A DNA stretch of 62,416 nt, counting the filler. It is 3 parts of 3 records of this genome, joined end to end, with 100 filler letters (N's around TTAATTAATTAA, not from the genome) between each part and the next. Parts side by side here need not be neighbours in the genome. Positions count along the whole stretch, not along the records: positions 1 to 19,663 come from DRR723986_610; 2 more parts are not named here. One strand, written 5' to 3'. Numbering within the stretch: the stretch's first letter is position 1; each line of letters opens with the position of its first letter. A model generated the notes under the pieces. The model was not told the DNA's origin. It saw only the letters and a program-made list of their open reading frames with translations, and did no database searches. The translations under genes and the position numbers were made by a program. Shown here one piece after another: positions 1-11,299 of the stretch.

Positions 1-1026
1 CTGATTTTATTGACTATTCCTAGCAACCGACGAAGGATGGCAAACATGCCATTGTTTATTCTAGCGGTCATGTTTCTGCGTTCAGTGTTCAAGTCTCGGC
101 GTCAATTGCTTCTAGAGAATATGGCATTGCGCCAACAGGTGACCATGCTCCGGAAATCCGTGAAACGCCCCCGCGCTAAGGTGGCGGACAAGCTTTTCTG
201 GATTCTCTTTTCACGCTATGTGGATGGCTGGCGTACAGTACTCCACGGCCTACATCCGGATACTGTCGTACGCGGGCATCGGCAGGGCTTCCGATTTTAC
301 TGGCGCTGGAAAAGTCGAGGCCCTAAACCGGTACGACCCGCTATGGATGGAGGCCTGCGCAAGCTGACCCGAGAAAGGCAGGCAATCAATATGGGCTGGG
401 GTGCGCCCAGAATCCATAATGTCTGGCGGCGATTGATTTCTTCCGGGACGCCGGCCGACTGTTCCCACTGCCGGATCTCGAGTGCTTTATGTATTCATCG
501 TGCTCAGCCATGATCGTCGGCAAGTTGTACATTTCAATGTGACAGAAAACCCCACTGCCCAATGGACAGCACAGCAATTAGTGGAAGCTTTTCCGTTTGA
601 GTCCGGTCCACGGTATTTGTTGCGTGATCGGGATGCCATTTATGGTGATCTAGTCCAACGACAGATCAACAGCCTAGGTATCGAGGAGGTCATCACGGCG
701 CCTCGCTCGTCATGGCAGAATCCCTTCGTTGAAAGAAGAATCGGCTCTATACGCCGAGACTGCCTAGATCATATTATTGTTCTCAATGAGCGGCACCTAC
801 GCACAATCCTTCGCGATTATTTCAACTATTACCATACCTGTAGGACGCACTTGTCGTTAAACAAAGATCCGCCAGAAACCCGAACAGTTGAACCGCCAGA
901 GTCGGGAAAAGTTGTCGCGTTTCCCCGTGTTGGTGGCCTGCATCATCGATACGAGAGAATTGCAGCCTGATGGCGGTTGCAAAGAGTGACCCGAAAAGTG
1001 GCACGATTATATTTACAGGGGGGACA
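1..1026 (+). mobile_element. Degenerate insertion sequence (rve/integrase-core transposase, TGT...ACA ends; IS481/IS3-like), right-hand part; the left end is at 19617-19663
   Basis: Right end ATTTACAGGGGGGACA (1011-1026) reverse-complements to TGTCCCCCCTGTAAAT, matching TGTCCCTACTGAAAAT at 19617-19632 at 13/16 positions. Bases 1-22 are identical to 19642-19663. Confidence 0.8.
10..970 (+). pseudogene. Transposase with integrase core domain, split over frames (ORFs 10-513 and 482-970)
   Basis: N-part has LENMALRQQ...WGAPRIH. C-part has DDE-core motifs RYLLRDRDAIYG and WQNPFVERRIGSIRRDCLDH, ending GGLHHRY. Frameshift/indel region at about 415-480. Confidence 0.8.
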
Positions 1027-1168
1027 ATGCTCTAATGTGGGTGAACGATCAAATTGCGGGAAAAGTGTAATAGCGTCGACAAGCTAAACCCTGTACAAGG
1101 ATCACCTTTTAATACAAACCAGGATGAATTTTGTTGCAACGCATCATCAGTAAAAGGATTACGGAAGA

Positions 1169-1564
1169 ATGATCTTTGAGTCTATCAAGTTGATTCATGT
1201 GAGTTGTGCCTTTGTTTCTATCGCAGGGTTTGCTTTGCGAGGTTACTGGAGGCTTACCGAAAATCCATTGCTGGAGCTTCGCGCGGCGAAAATCCTGCCA
1301 CACTGTATAGACACGCTGTTACTCGGATCAGCTGTTGGCATGCTGGTGCTATGGAGGGCATCACCACTAGAATTCAGTTGGGTCATGGCTAAGATCATCG
1401 CTCTGTTGGTCTATATTGGCCTTGGTATGGTGGCATTGCGCTTCGGGAAGAGTCGTAAGAGGCGAACAGTAGCCTATGGACTGGCACTGGCTACGGCCAT
1501 GTATATTTTATCCGTTGCATACACAAAATCCGCGCTTGGTTTTATATCGCTGGCTGCAATGTGA
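1169..1564 (+). CDS. SirB2-family small inner-membrane protein
   Basis: 131 aa, about 4 TM segments, family-typical KLIHV..A..SI.GF.LR, PH.IDT.LL.S and W...KI..L.VYI.LG..AL motifs. Confidence 0.8.
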   Translation: MIFESIKLIHVSCAFVSIAGFALRGYWRLTENPLLELRAAKILPHCIDTLLLGSAVGMLVLWRASPLEFSWVMAKIIALLVYIGLGMVALRFGKSRKRRTVAYGLALATAMYILSVAYTKSALGFISLAAM

Positions 1565-1586
1565 GAGCAAAGATTGTGAGCCAAAG

Positions 1587-2801
1587 TTAATCGGGCCTAC
1601 CATCAGCACGGCCTTGACTCAGCACGGGCAGGTAAAGCACTACAAAGCATCCATATCCGAACAACCATAGCCCGACCGCGGCAAAGATCATGTGCTGATA
1701 GCTGGCTAAGAAGTAGCTGCCAAACACCCGCACAAGAAATGCTGCAAATAGAGCAATAAAGGCAAATGTCATCACCGGCCCTACTGCAATCGGTCTGCCA
1801 GTGTGCCCCAGAGAAACACGGGAAATCATCGCCAGAATCATCAAGCCGATGCCACCAACGGTCAATGTATGAATGCCCTGGCTTTGCGTAACGATTGCAC
1901 CGGGCAAGCCGCTGAGACCGTAAAGCGCAAGACCAACAGGTATGCACCAGTAGCTCAAATGCAGTGACCACACCAGCGGGGTGCGTAGCGTCACCCAAAG
2001 CCGCCAGCGCAATACACGCACAGCGTGCACGAGTGCAGCGCCCCAGAATATCGCTGTTACAACAGTCGCCGGCAACCAGTTCGCTGCTACCTGTGCCAGC
2101 ACAACCAGCACCATTGCTGTGATACAGGCCGTCTCCAGCCACGGCACCACCGGAACCCGATCGGTGCCGGTGCCATTGGCCGTAAACATGGGCACCACGC
2201 GACCGGCGACAACCGTCATCAGCAACACCACAAACAGCACCATCGCCCTGCCCGCATCGGTTAACAAGCCAACATCACCAGTAGCAGAAAACCAGTGCAT
2301 CACCGCGTTAGCCGCAGACATCAGCAGCAGCACAGGCACGAAGATAATGTTGCGCCACTGTCGCACCATAATGACGGAGCGCGCCAACACAGCCGCAACA
2401 ACAGGCAGGAACAACAGGTCAATGAGCGCCAATGCCCAATGGGGAAACAGCTCACCAAAAACCAAGCCCACTCTCGCGGCGAGCCAGAGAAGTACCAGCG
2501 AGGCTAGCCCACCACCACGAATGCCGGGAACGCCAGTCCAGGCTTTTACTGCCGTTAGCAGAAAGCCGGTCACTATGGCAGCGACAAACCCAAAGAGCAT
2601 TTCATGAACGTGCCACCAGAGCGCTCCACCGTAAAGCGCCGGCTGTGCCAAGCCAGTCAAAGTTAAAGCCCACAGCGATAGGCTGAACAGACTGAAAATT
2701 GCCCCCAACAAAAAGAAAGGGCGAAACGCCAGACGAAAAAGCGGGATACCAGGAATCGGAGCAGGATCCGCTATCTGGCCGCCGCTTAGTAACTTGCTCA
2801 T
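1587..2801 (-). CDS. nnrS: NnrS heme-copper membrane protein (NO stress)
   Basis: LAFRPFFLLG, WWHVHEMLFGF, GFLLTAV..WTG, GRVVPMFT, H.LTVG, SRVSLGHTGR motifs; ~12 TM. Confidence 0.93.
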   Translation of the reverse strand: MSKLLSGGQIADPAPIPGIPLFRLAFRPFFLLGAIFSLFSLSLWALTLTGLAQPALYGGALWWHVHEMLFGFVAAIVTGFLLTAVKAWTGVPGIRGGGLASLVLLWLAARVGLVFGELFPHWALALIDLLFLPVVAAVLARSVIMVRQWRNIIFVPVLLLMSAANAVMHWFSATGDVGLLTDAGRAMVLFVVLLMTVVAGRVVPMFTANGTGTDRVPVVPWLETACITAMVLVVLAQVAANWLPATVVTAIFWGAALVHAVRVLRWRLWVTLRTPLVWSLHLSYWCIPVGLALYGLSGLPGAIVTQSQGIHTLTVGGIGLMILAMISRVSLGHTGRPIAVGPVMTFAFIALFAAFLVRVFGSYFLASYQHMIFAAVGLWLFGYGCFVVLYLPVLSQGRADGRPD

Positions 2802-2885
2802 GTGCTGCCTGCTCTAGAGTTTAAAAGATTGGTGTTAGATAAAAGGCATGCGCCAGGAGTCATCAAAGCTTCCGGCCGACATTCA

Positions 2886-4112
2886 CTAGAGTTTGAGCTG
2901 TAGCGTAAACCAGACTTTCTGAGCATCGCTATAGCGGTCGCTGTCACTCGAAAAATTCGCATAGTGAAACGCTGTACTGAACTGCTTGTTAATCGGCAGG
3001 GAACCGACAAGATTCCACTCGGTCCCAAAGTCTTCGCTAGAGTCTTCGGCGCTGAATTCATGGTAATAGGCACCTAACTTAACCGAACCCAGCGTACCTT
3101 TAGCGCCTAGATAAAGGTCTTCTATACCATCATCAGGCGTGGCGAGAAACTTGTCGGCCCAGCCCTGGAACAAATGGAGCGTGGCATAGGGAGTCTTGAA
3201 GCCCACATTGTTGTCGGAGCCTAGAACCTCATAACCAACGTTGACGTTGATACTCGCGAAACTCATGGCACCTTCCACCATGTAATAGTCCGCATCGTAA
3301 TCCAGTGGACTATCTGCCGCTTCAGACTGCTTTGCATAAGCTGCCTTGGCTATTGCTGGCCCGAACTTCCCATCATATTCTATACCGTAAGTATCAGATG
3401 AGTTGCCCACGGTCTTGCCGGGGGCATAACTTGTGTCTTCGTCAACATCAAGCGCATAGATAAAGGCGCTCAAAGTGTGGTGGTCGGCAAAACGATACTC
3501 TGCCCGGGCCAGATGATTTTCCCCGTGGAGGTCAGCGGGCTGGGATACGCTATCGTCAGGGCCAAATATTCGATTTACGTTGTAGACGTAGGCGTAATCC
3601 AAGGTAAGGCCACTATCACCTTTATAGAATAGTCGAAAGCCATCGTAGGTCTGCTCATTCTGACGCCAGGCTACTCCACCAACGAAGCGTTGATTAGCAT
3701 GCACAATGCGCTGGCGTCCATAAGCACCGTACGAATCTGCATGGCCGTAACGCAGCCAGGCTTGGTTAATATCGGTGCCTTTAGGGTCGGCCACGACAGG
3801 GCGATCAGTATTACCGTTGGCGATGGAATTATAGTTGTCGTTGCCAATCTCGCTGACATTATCGAATTCGGCCAGCGCGCTGAATGCGCCTACCACACCC
3901 GACTGCACCGTGACACGAGTGCGTAAAGTGGAGGCATTGGCGTCCTTGTCAAAGGCGTCGTCATCCACATTCTCCAGACGATAGCGCAAGTCCAGTTTAA
4001 TACTGCCCTCACTGACACCCTTTGACAACTGCTCGGAAACACTGTCCTGCGCTTGCGCACCTGCGACAACCAGGGACGCGACTACTCCCAGATAGATTGT
4101 TTTACGTTTCAT
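2886..4112 (-). CDS. Outer-membrane beta-barrel porin, alginate-export (AlgE-like) family
   Basis: Signal peptide; LRYRLENVD, GRQRI...NQRFVGGVAWRQNEQTYD, TPYATLHLFQGWADKFL motifs; C-terminal alternating beta-strand WFTLQLKL. Confidence 0.8.
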   Translation of the reverse strand: MKRKTIYLGVVASLVVAGAQAQDSVSEQLSKGVSEGSIKLDLRYRLENVDDDAFDKDANASTLRTRVTVQSGVVGAFSALAEFDNVSEIGNDNYNSIANGNTDRPVVADPKGTDINQAWLRYGHADSYGAYGRQRIVHANQRFVGGVAWRQNEQTYDGFRLFYKGDSGLTLDYAYVYNVNRIFGPDDSVSQPADLHGENHLARAEYRFADHHTLSAFIYALDVDEDTSYAPGKTVGNSSDTYGIEYDGKFGPAIAKAAYAKQSEAADSPLDYDADYYMVEGAMSFASINVNVGYEVLGSDNNVGFKTPYATLHLFQGWADKFLATPDDGIEDLYLGAKGTLGSVKLGAYYHEFSAEDSSEDFGTEWNLVGSLPINKQFSTAFHYANFSSDSDRYSDAQKVWFTLQLKL

Positions 4113-4192
4113 ATTTTTCGCCCTTAAAAACTTTACGACAGCCCCAATATACCGTTCGTATCATGAACAACTGAAAACCGCGAAACAAACGA

Positions 4193-4579
4193 TTATTTAA
4201 AGCGAGATGCTACGACAAAAGCCTCAAGCTCTTTATCTATTCCGAAGACATGGCGCTTTAGCCATTCGGTAAGGTAGGTGGAGACCAGTTCGCGAGACTG
4301 ATCGTCAAGATCCCCTCCACTACCTGAAAGCGTGGCGATTTCCTGCCGAAAACGGTTGTGCGCTTGGCGATGCGCCTTTAATCCTGGGTATGCCAGCACT
4401 TCCATATACTGTTCTTCGAGAGTGAAATGCGTCTCTGTATACCGCTGCAACTGCGCCACTACATCTGGACCCGATTCAGGCTTTCCGATCATTTCCAGAA
4501 TGTCGAAGAGTTGCTGATGCTGTGCATCCTGCCATATGAGTTCACTGGTCTTTCGCATGCTAATCACAAAGATAGGCAC
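4193..4579 (-). CDS. Single-domain bacteriohemerythrin
   Basis: Di-iron ligands in canonical spacing: D.QHQQLF, HF..EE..M, H...H..F, WL..H....D. Confidence 0.88.
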   Translation of the reverse strand: MPIFVISMRKTSELIWQDAQHQQLFDILEMIGKPESGPDVVAQLQRYTETHFTLEEQYMEVLAYPGLKAHRQAHNRFRQEIATLSGSGGDLDDQSRELVSTYLTEWLKRHVFGIDKELEAFVVASRFK

Positions 4580-4608
4580 CCTGCGCAGCAGGATGCCAGC
4601 AAACTCGA

Positions 4609-6411
<1,803 letters not shown>

Positions 6412-6424
6412 TTATGTTGTTAAC

Positions 6425-6438
6425 ATGATCGGCATCAA
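6425..6438 (-). promoter_or_regulatory. FNR/DNR (Crp-Fnr) box upstream of nirS
   Basis: TTGAT-GCCG-ATCAT on the minus strand, one mismatch to TTGAT-N4-ATCAA. Centre 6431.5 is -41.5 from a start site near 6390. Confidence 0.7.
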
Positions 6439-6450
6439 TTTCCTGTCCAG

Positions 6451-7980
6451 TCACCCGGTAGCATCGGTGACGATTACACCCTCTTCAACGCTTCCCTTTA
6501 CCTGCCGCCGTTTGCGTTTGCGGACCATCGGCGGGCAACGGTGTTCATCCCAGTAGGTGACCTGGCATTCCAGGCAGTAATGGCATTCGTTTTCGATAAT
6601 CTCACCGGTCGGTTTAATGGCACCAACCTGGCAGTCGTTGGCGCAGGTCTGGCAAGGATGACCGCACTCAACCCGTCGATGCAGCCAGTCAAAGACCTTG
6701 AAACGCGTGACGAAACTCAGCGCTGCGCCCAGCGGGCATAAATACTTGCAGTAAAACTTGCTGTTCACCACAGTCAAAGCAAGCAGCAACAGCGCATAAA
6801 AAACGTAAGCCGGCGGACGGCTGAACTGCATCACAAAGACAGTTTTGAAGGGCTCTACCTCTGCCAGCCGCGCCGCATTGGCCATGGAATCCAGGGCCAA
6901 ACCACAAATGGCAATCAATAACAGGTACTTGATAGCCCAGAGCCGCTCGTGCACGGCGTGGGGAAACTGCCAGCCGTCGAAGCCAAGGGTGCGTGATAGT
7001 TTGGAAATCAGCTCCTGAGCTGCGCCGAAAGGACACAGCCAGCCGCAGTAAACCCCGCGGCCCCACAGCAGTATGCTGAGCGCGACAAATCCCCAAAGCA
7101 GAAACACCACCGGATCCAGCAACAGACTCTCCCAGGAAAACCCGCCGGCAAGATTGCGGGCGAAACCCAGCAAATTCACCACCGACAGCTGCGCATGACA
7201 GACCCAGCCGATATAGACGACAGTGAAGAGCATCCACGCAATGCGAAAACGCTGAAAGAACACCTTCCGCTTCACCAGCCAGTCTTGCAGGAAAAGCACT
7301 AGCATCAATATAATCAGCGCAACAGCCAACACCCCTGTCTTCAATTTGTGCTGCTGCCAACTCCAGTACCAGACCGGCTCTTCAGAAGCGGCTATTGCAG
7401 CTTCAGCAGCGCCGCTGTCTAGAGCTGGGGCGATCCCATCCTGAGCCTGCTGTGTGTAGGCTGCAAGCACACGCTCTGCGGCCAGTGTCACGGTGCGACT
7501 GATAACCATTGCGGTAATGGTCGCGCCGCTCAGTCCGTCAATGCCCACATAGCCTTCCCGGCCAGTGGCGCCAACGCGAATACGGTCCGTAGCCCTCTTG
7601 CCGGCCAGTTGATCGACAAATTCGTTGAGATGTTCGTCGGTAATACCAACAACCAGAATCGGCTCCTGATGCGAAAGCAGGTCAACGCCAGTGAACAAGC
7701 CATCAGCCGTGAGGCCGACGAGCAAATTGATCGATGACCCGGAATAGGCAGGTATATTGACGAAATCATCAGTTTGAAAAAGCAGCACCGGCGTCTCCGC
7801 AGGGCCCGCCGTACTAAAAAGTCCGGGCACACCGGCAACCTGACTGACGGCTGTGGCTGCGCGCACCACCCTTTGCGCATCGGCCAGGGTGACTGCGAGC
7901 GAGACGGCAGGCGTCAGCAGCACGCAAGCCACAAGACACAGCATTTTTCGCCCAGCCTTTTGCACACAGTCACCTGTCAT
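6451..7980 (-). CDS. nirI: NosR/NirI-family FMN-binding, 4Fe-4S membrane protein (NirI-like)
   Basis: Flavinylation motif DGLSGATIT; TM region with CGWLCPFG and CKYLCPLG; ferredoxin clusters CGHPCQTCANDC and CHYCLEC; directly upstream of nirS. Confidence 0.8.
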   Translation of the reverse strand: MTGDCVQKAGRKMLCLVACVLLTPAVSLAVTLADAQRVVRAATAVSQVAGVPGLFSTAGPAETPVLLFQTDDFVNIPAYSGSSINLLVGLTADGLFTGVDLLSHQEPILVVGITDEHLNEFVDQLAGKRATDRIRVGATGREGYVGIDGLSGATITAMVISRTVTLAAERVLAAYTQQAQDGIAPALDSGAAEAAIAASEEPVWYWSWQQHKLKTGVLAVALIILMLVLFLQDWLVKRKVFFQRFRIAWMLFTVVYIGWVCHAQLSVVNLLGFARNLAGGFSWESLLLDPVVFLLWGFVALSILLWGRGVYCGWLCPFGAAQELISKLSRTLGFDGWQFPHAVHERLWAIKYLLLIAICGLALDSMANAARLAEVEPFKTVFVMQFSRPPAYVFYALLLLALTVVNSKFYCKYLCPLGAALSFVTRFKVFDWLHRRVECGHPCQTCANDCQVGAIKPTGEIIENECHYCLECQVTYWDEHRCPPMVRKRKRRQVKGSVEEGVIVTDATG

Positions 7981-8014
7981 TCAAAGTGCGGCAAGCATAG
8001 ACAAGACAATATAA

Positions 8015-8033
8015 GATGCAAATGATCTGCATC
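8015..8033. promoter_or_regulatory. NsrR-type operator in the divergent nirI / TonB-receptor promoter
   Basis: GATGCA-AATGATC-TGCATC with perfect half-sites and the same 7-bp spacing as the nirS site. Confidence 0.72.
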
Positions 8034-8069
8034 ATTTTATTGATACGCTGCATGCTGTCTACTGCACGC

Positions 8070-8435
8070 ATGAATTGGTTTTTAAGTTTGTGTCTTCTGA
8101 TTTGGAGCACAGCAGGCGTCACTGATGACAGCCTAGTGAATGAACGACTGACCGCATCCACTGCCGCCATGGAGAATCACTGGCAAGTGGACTGCGCATC
8201 TACGCTGCATACGCTGACCGTGCCCATTGCGCTGGTACCGGCGAATGCTCACGCTGTGCTCGCAGCTTCTCTGGAGAAATGTCGTTATATTTACCAACCT
8301 CCGGGCGACGTCACAGCGGACGACTGCCGGGATTACGCGGCTCTACTACAGGCATGGAACACCGCCGACGACGATGCATTAACGACCGCGCTCAAAAGCA
8401 GCCGGGACTGTCTTTCAACACTGGAACTTGAATGA
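8070..8435 (+). CDS. Small exported protein of unknown function, translationally coupled to the TonB receptor
   Basis: Signal-peptide-like N-terminus MNWFLSLCLLIWSTAG; four Cys in the mature part; stop overlaps the receptor start (ATGA 8432-8435). Confidence 0.65.
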   Translation: MNWFLSLCLLIWSTAGVTDDSLVNERLTASTAAMENHWQVDCASTLHTLTVPIALVPANAHAVLAASLEKCRYIYQPPGDVTADDCRDYAALLQAWNTADDDALTTALKSSRDCLSTLELE

Positions 8436-10513
8436 AAATTACCCGTCGACGATCGTCCGCTGCACGCGCAAAATACTATTTGGGCACTGTTTTTCTATTA
8501 CTGGCGCATGAAAGTACCAGTGAGCCACTGGCCACACTGACACTTGAAGAAGTGGTCGTCACAGCCAGCCGCGTGGAAGAGCGACTGCTCGACAGCAGCG
8601 CCAGCTTGACTGTACTGACCTCTACGGACCTGTCCCGTATGACCGGCAATGGCGTTGCCGACTTCATGCGTGACGTGCCCGGTGTGCAAGTCTCCGATTC
8701 AGGCCAGGCCGGCCTGAAGCGTATCCGTATTCGCGGAGAGGACTCTCGCCGCAGCGCCATTCTGGTGGACAGTTACGAGCTGTCGGATCACAGCGAAGTG
8801 GGCACCCCACTGACCATTCATCCGGATATGATTAGCCGTATCGAAGTGTTGCGCGGTTCCGGCTCAGTGCTATACGGCTCCAAGGCACTCAGTGGCGTCA
8901 CCAATCTGATCACGCTAAAAGGGGGCACCGCGCCTCTGCAGGCGACAGTAAAAGGCGGTTACGATAGCAGTACCGAAGGCGAAAATCTCTTTGTGAGCGT
9001 GCACGGCAACCGCGGTGGCTGGAACTACCGCCTTGCCGCTGCCGACAGCGACCACGGTTTACGCCATAGCCCCGAAGGACGTGTTCAGAACACCGCTTTC
9101 GAGAATAGCGGCTACTATGGGTTTTTGGAAAAAACAGCCGGCAACCATACTATGGGGCTGACGTGGGACCGCTATGAATCCAGCTCCGACATCTTCGTGG
9201 AGGAATCCGTACGCAGTACTTTTCCGATAACCGACCTGACGCTCAGCACGCCACAGCGTGATCGCGAACGATTCGCCATCGACTACAACTGGGAGCCCGG
9301 CGTCTTCGCGCTGGATCGCTTAACGGTGTCTGCTTTTACTCAGGACAGCCTGCGTAACTTCCTCACTGATACAGAGACAGTCTTCCTCAACCGCGATATT
9401 GATACCAGCAGCACCTTGCGTAGCGATGGACTGCTGGTGCAGGCGGACTGGCTGCCTGTTGGCGATCACAGCCTGGTCAGCGGCCTGCAATACAGTAATG
9501 ACAACGTGCGCCAGACGCGCGAGGTGAATACCCTTTCCTGGACTCCCACAGCGGTTACCGGCACAGACCAAATCAGGGATGAAGCGAGTATTCGCACCCT
9601 GGCTCTGTTCCTGCAGGATCACTGGAGTGTAAGCGACCGACTAACGGCGATGATCGGGGCCCGCTTCTATCAGATAGACGGCGAACTGGATGAAAGTGAC
9701 CGGCCAGGACTGACGGCCGATTCTCTTGATTCGGACAGCCACCTGATCGCATCGGCGGGACTCAACTGGTCGCTGAACCCGGGCAGCGCCCTACGTGCGA
9801 ATATTTCCGAAGGGTACCTGTACCCCTCGCTGATGCAGCTGGCCACTGGTGCTTATGCGGGACCCAACTTTATTAACCCCGAGAGCGACCTGTCCCCGGA
9901 GACCAGCATTAACTATGAACTTGGCTGGCGTCTGATGGCTGACCAGTGGACGGTCGATACGGCGTTGTTCTACGCTGATTCCACAGATTATATTGACCAT
10001 GTTTTCTGCACTGCGGCCGACGCCTGCCTGGGGTTCAATGACAAGGTGTATCGCAACATCGGGTCTTCAACAGCACACGGGGTAGAGCTCTATCTGGCCT
10101 GGCAAAGTGAAGACCAGCGCATGCGTCCTTATGTGAACCTTACCTGGATGCAGCGCAATAACGATTTCGGGACTTTCGATACCTGGAAAACCGGCATTCC
10201 TTCGCTCGCGGGTCGCGCGGGCACAATACTTGAGCCGGGCTTATCCGGCGCTTGGTCGTCACTGTGGGTAGACCTGTATCTGCGCGGCGAAAGTGGTTCT
10301 GCACTGCTTGAACCCGGCTCCCGCGGCGTTGTGGAATCCACGCGCAGTGGCTGGTATACGATCAACACGGCACTGGGCATGAGTATGGGTGAAAATGTGC
10401 TGCTGGCATTGGAACTGCAGAACCTGCTGGATCGCAGCTATCGCGAGTCAACCGAGAACCTGCTCGCTGCGGGGCGCAGTGCGTCCTTGAAGCTTACCTG
10501 GAATATTAACTGA
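8432..10513 (+). CDS. TonB-dependent outer-membrane receptor (heme/cobalamin-receptor-like)
   Basis: TonB box EEVVVTASR; plug motifs D.MRDVPGV, IRIRG and ISRIEVLRGSGSVLYGS.ALSGV.N.IT; loop NPESDLSPE; C-terminal NLLD..Y...GR. Confidence 0.92.
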   Translation: MKITRRRSSAARAKYYLGTVFLLLAHESTSEPLATLTLEEVVVTASRVEERLLDSSASLTVLTSTDLSRMTGNGVADFMRDVPGVQVSDSGQAGLKRIRIRGEDSRRSAILVDSYELSDHSEVGTPLTIHPDMISRIEVLRGSGSVLYGSKALSGVTNLITLKGGTAPLQATVKGGYDSSTEGENLFVSVHGNRGGWNYRLAAADSDHGLRHSPEGRVQNTAFENSGYYGFLEKTAGNHTMGLTWDRYESSSDIFVEESVRSTFPITDLTLSTPQRDRERFAIDYNWEPGVFALDRLTVSAFTQDSLRNFLTDTETVFLNRDIDTSSTLRSDGLLVQADWLPVGDHSLVSGLQYSNDNVRQTREVNTLSWTPTAVTGTDQIRDEASIRTLALFLQDHWSVSDRLTAMIGARFYQIDGELDESDRPGLTADSLDSDSHLIASAGLNWSLNPGSALRANISEGYLYPSLMQLATGAYAGPNFINPESDLSPETSINYELGWRLMADQWTVDTALFYADSTDYIDHVFCTAADACLGFNDKVYRNIGSSTAHGVELYLAWQSEDQRMRPYVNLTWMQRNNDFGTFDTWKTGIPSLAGRAGTILEPGLSGAWSSLWVDLYLRGESGSALLEPGSRGVVESTRSGWYTINTALGMSMGENVLLALELQNLLDRSYRESTENLLAAGRSASLKLTWNIN

Positions 10514-10540
10514 CCAGTCTCCGTCCGGGAGCGTCTCCTC

Positions 10541-10614
10541 TCGTCATTCCCGCGCAGGCGGGAATCTACATAATTCATTAGCTTACTGGATTCCCGCCTG
10601 CGCGGGAATGACGA
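10541..10614. repeat. REP-like doublet (ATTCCC-N8-GGGAAT palindromic units in inverted orientation)
   Basis: TCGTCATTCCCGCGCAGGCGGGAATC (10541-10566) and its exact reverse complement (10589-10614), just after the receptor stop. Confidence 0.85.
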
Positions 10615-10720
10615 AGGGGGCATTCTCCAGACGCGCATTGGCTAGACTTAGGAGTGCATCAGGAATCGCTATTTCTGTATACTAACCCTTCAGTAATTAT
10701 GGTTATTGGGATTACTATCA

Positions 10721-11158
10721 ATGCGGCTAACGGCCTACACAGACTATTCCTTGCGGGTGCTGATTTATCTGGCGGTCAGCGCGGAAGAGCGCGCCACTAT
10801 TCGCGAGATCGCCCAGCACTATGGCATATCGCGAAACCACCTGATGAAGGTTGTACAGGAACTTAGCCAACGGGGATACGTGGTCGCACTGCGCGGCAAA
10901 AACGGCGGCCTGCAGCTTAAGAAGCCACCTGCAGAAATAAAAATTGGTCAACTCATCGCAGCCATGGAAAACGACATGGCCTTGACGGAGTGCTTTGGCG
11001 ACAACAACCAATGCATTCTAACGCCCGCCTGCGCATTAAGACCCATTCTTGCTGAGGCCTTGCAATCCTTTCTCTCAACACTGGACCGTTACACACTGAA
11101 AGATATCGTCGCCGGGCCGCAGAGAGCAGAGCTGATTAAAATACTCGGCATGCACTAG
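10721..11158 (+). CDS. nsrR: Rrf2-family NO-sensing repressor (NsrR-like)
   Basis: MRLTAYTDYSLRVLIYLA, ISRNHLMKVV, RGKNGGL, and three Cys (EC......C.....C.L) for an Fe-S cluster; context of NO genes. Confidence 0.85.
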   Translation: MRLTAYTDYSLRVLIYLAVSAEERATIREIAQHYGISRNHLMKVVQELSQRGYVVALRGKNGGLQLKKPPAEIKIGQLIAAMENDMALTECFGDNNQCILTPACALRPILAEALQSFLSTLDRYTLKDIVAGPQRAELIKILGMH

Positions 11159-11201
11159 GCAGTGGACTCTTCTTTCTGACAAACCTCTTGCTCTTTTATA
11201 T

Positions 11202-11220
11202 AATGCATAGCATCTGCATC
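11202..11220. promoter_or_regulatory. NsrR-type operator upstream of the membrane protein-norE-norF unit
   Basis: AATGCA-TAGCATC-TGCATC, one mismatch to the motif at 6392 and 8015. Confidence 0.65.
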
Positions 11221-11299
11221 ATATGCTTGAAACGTCGCACGTGTTCATCGCCGGGCCAGTAAAACCAGGTCGGCAAAAACAGATACCAGCGTCAATCAA

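Noticed and set aside
1123-1145. Possible fifth NsrR operator upstream of the sirB2-like gene (GATGAA...TGCAAC / CGCATC)
   Set aside because: Half-sites do not fit the 7-bp spacing of the other four sites.
8040-8053. FNR-like site TTGAT-ACGC-TGCAT near nirI
   Set aside because: Only one good half-site; too weak to call.
10438-10638. Short ORFs spanning the REP elements (also 15713-16072)
   Set aside because: Translations such as SSFPRRRES and DSRLRGND are REP read-through artefacts.
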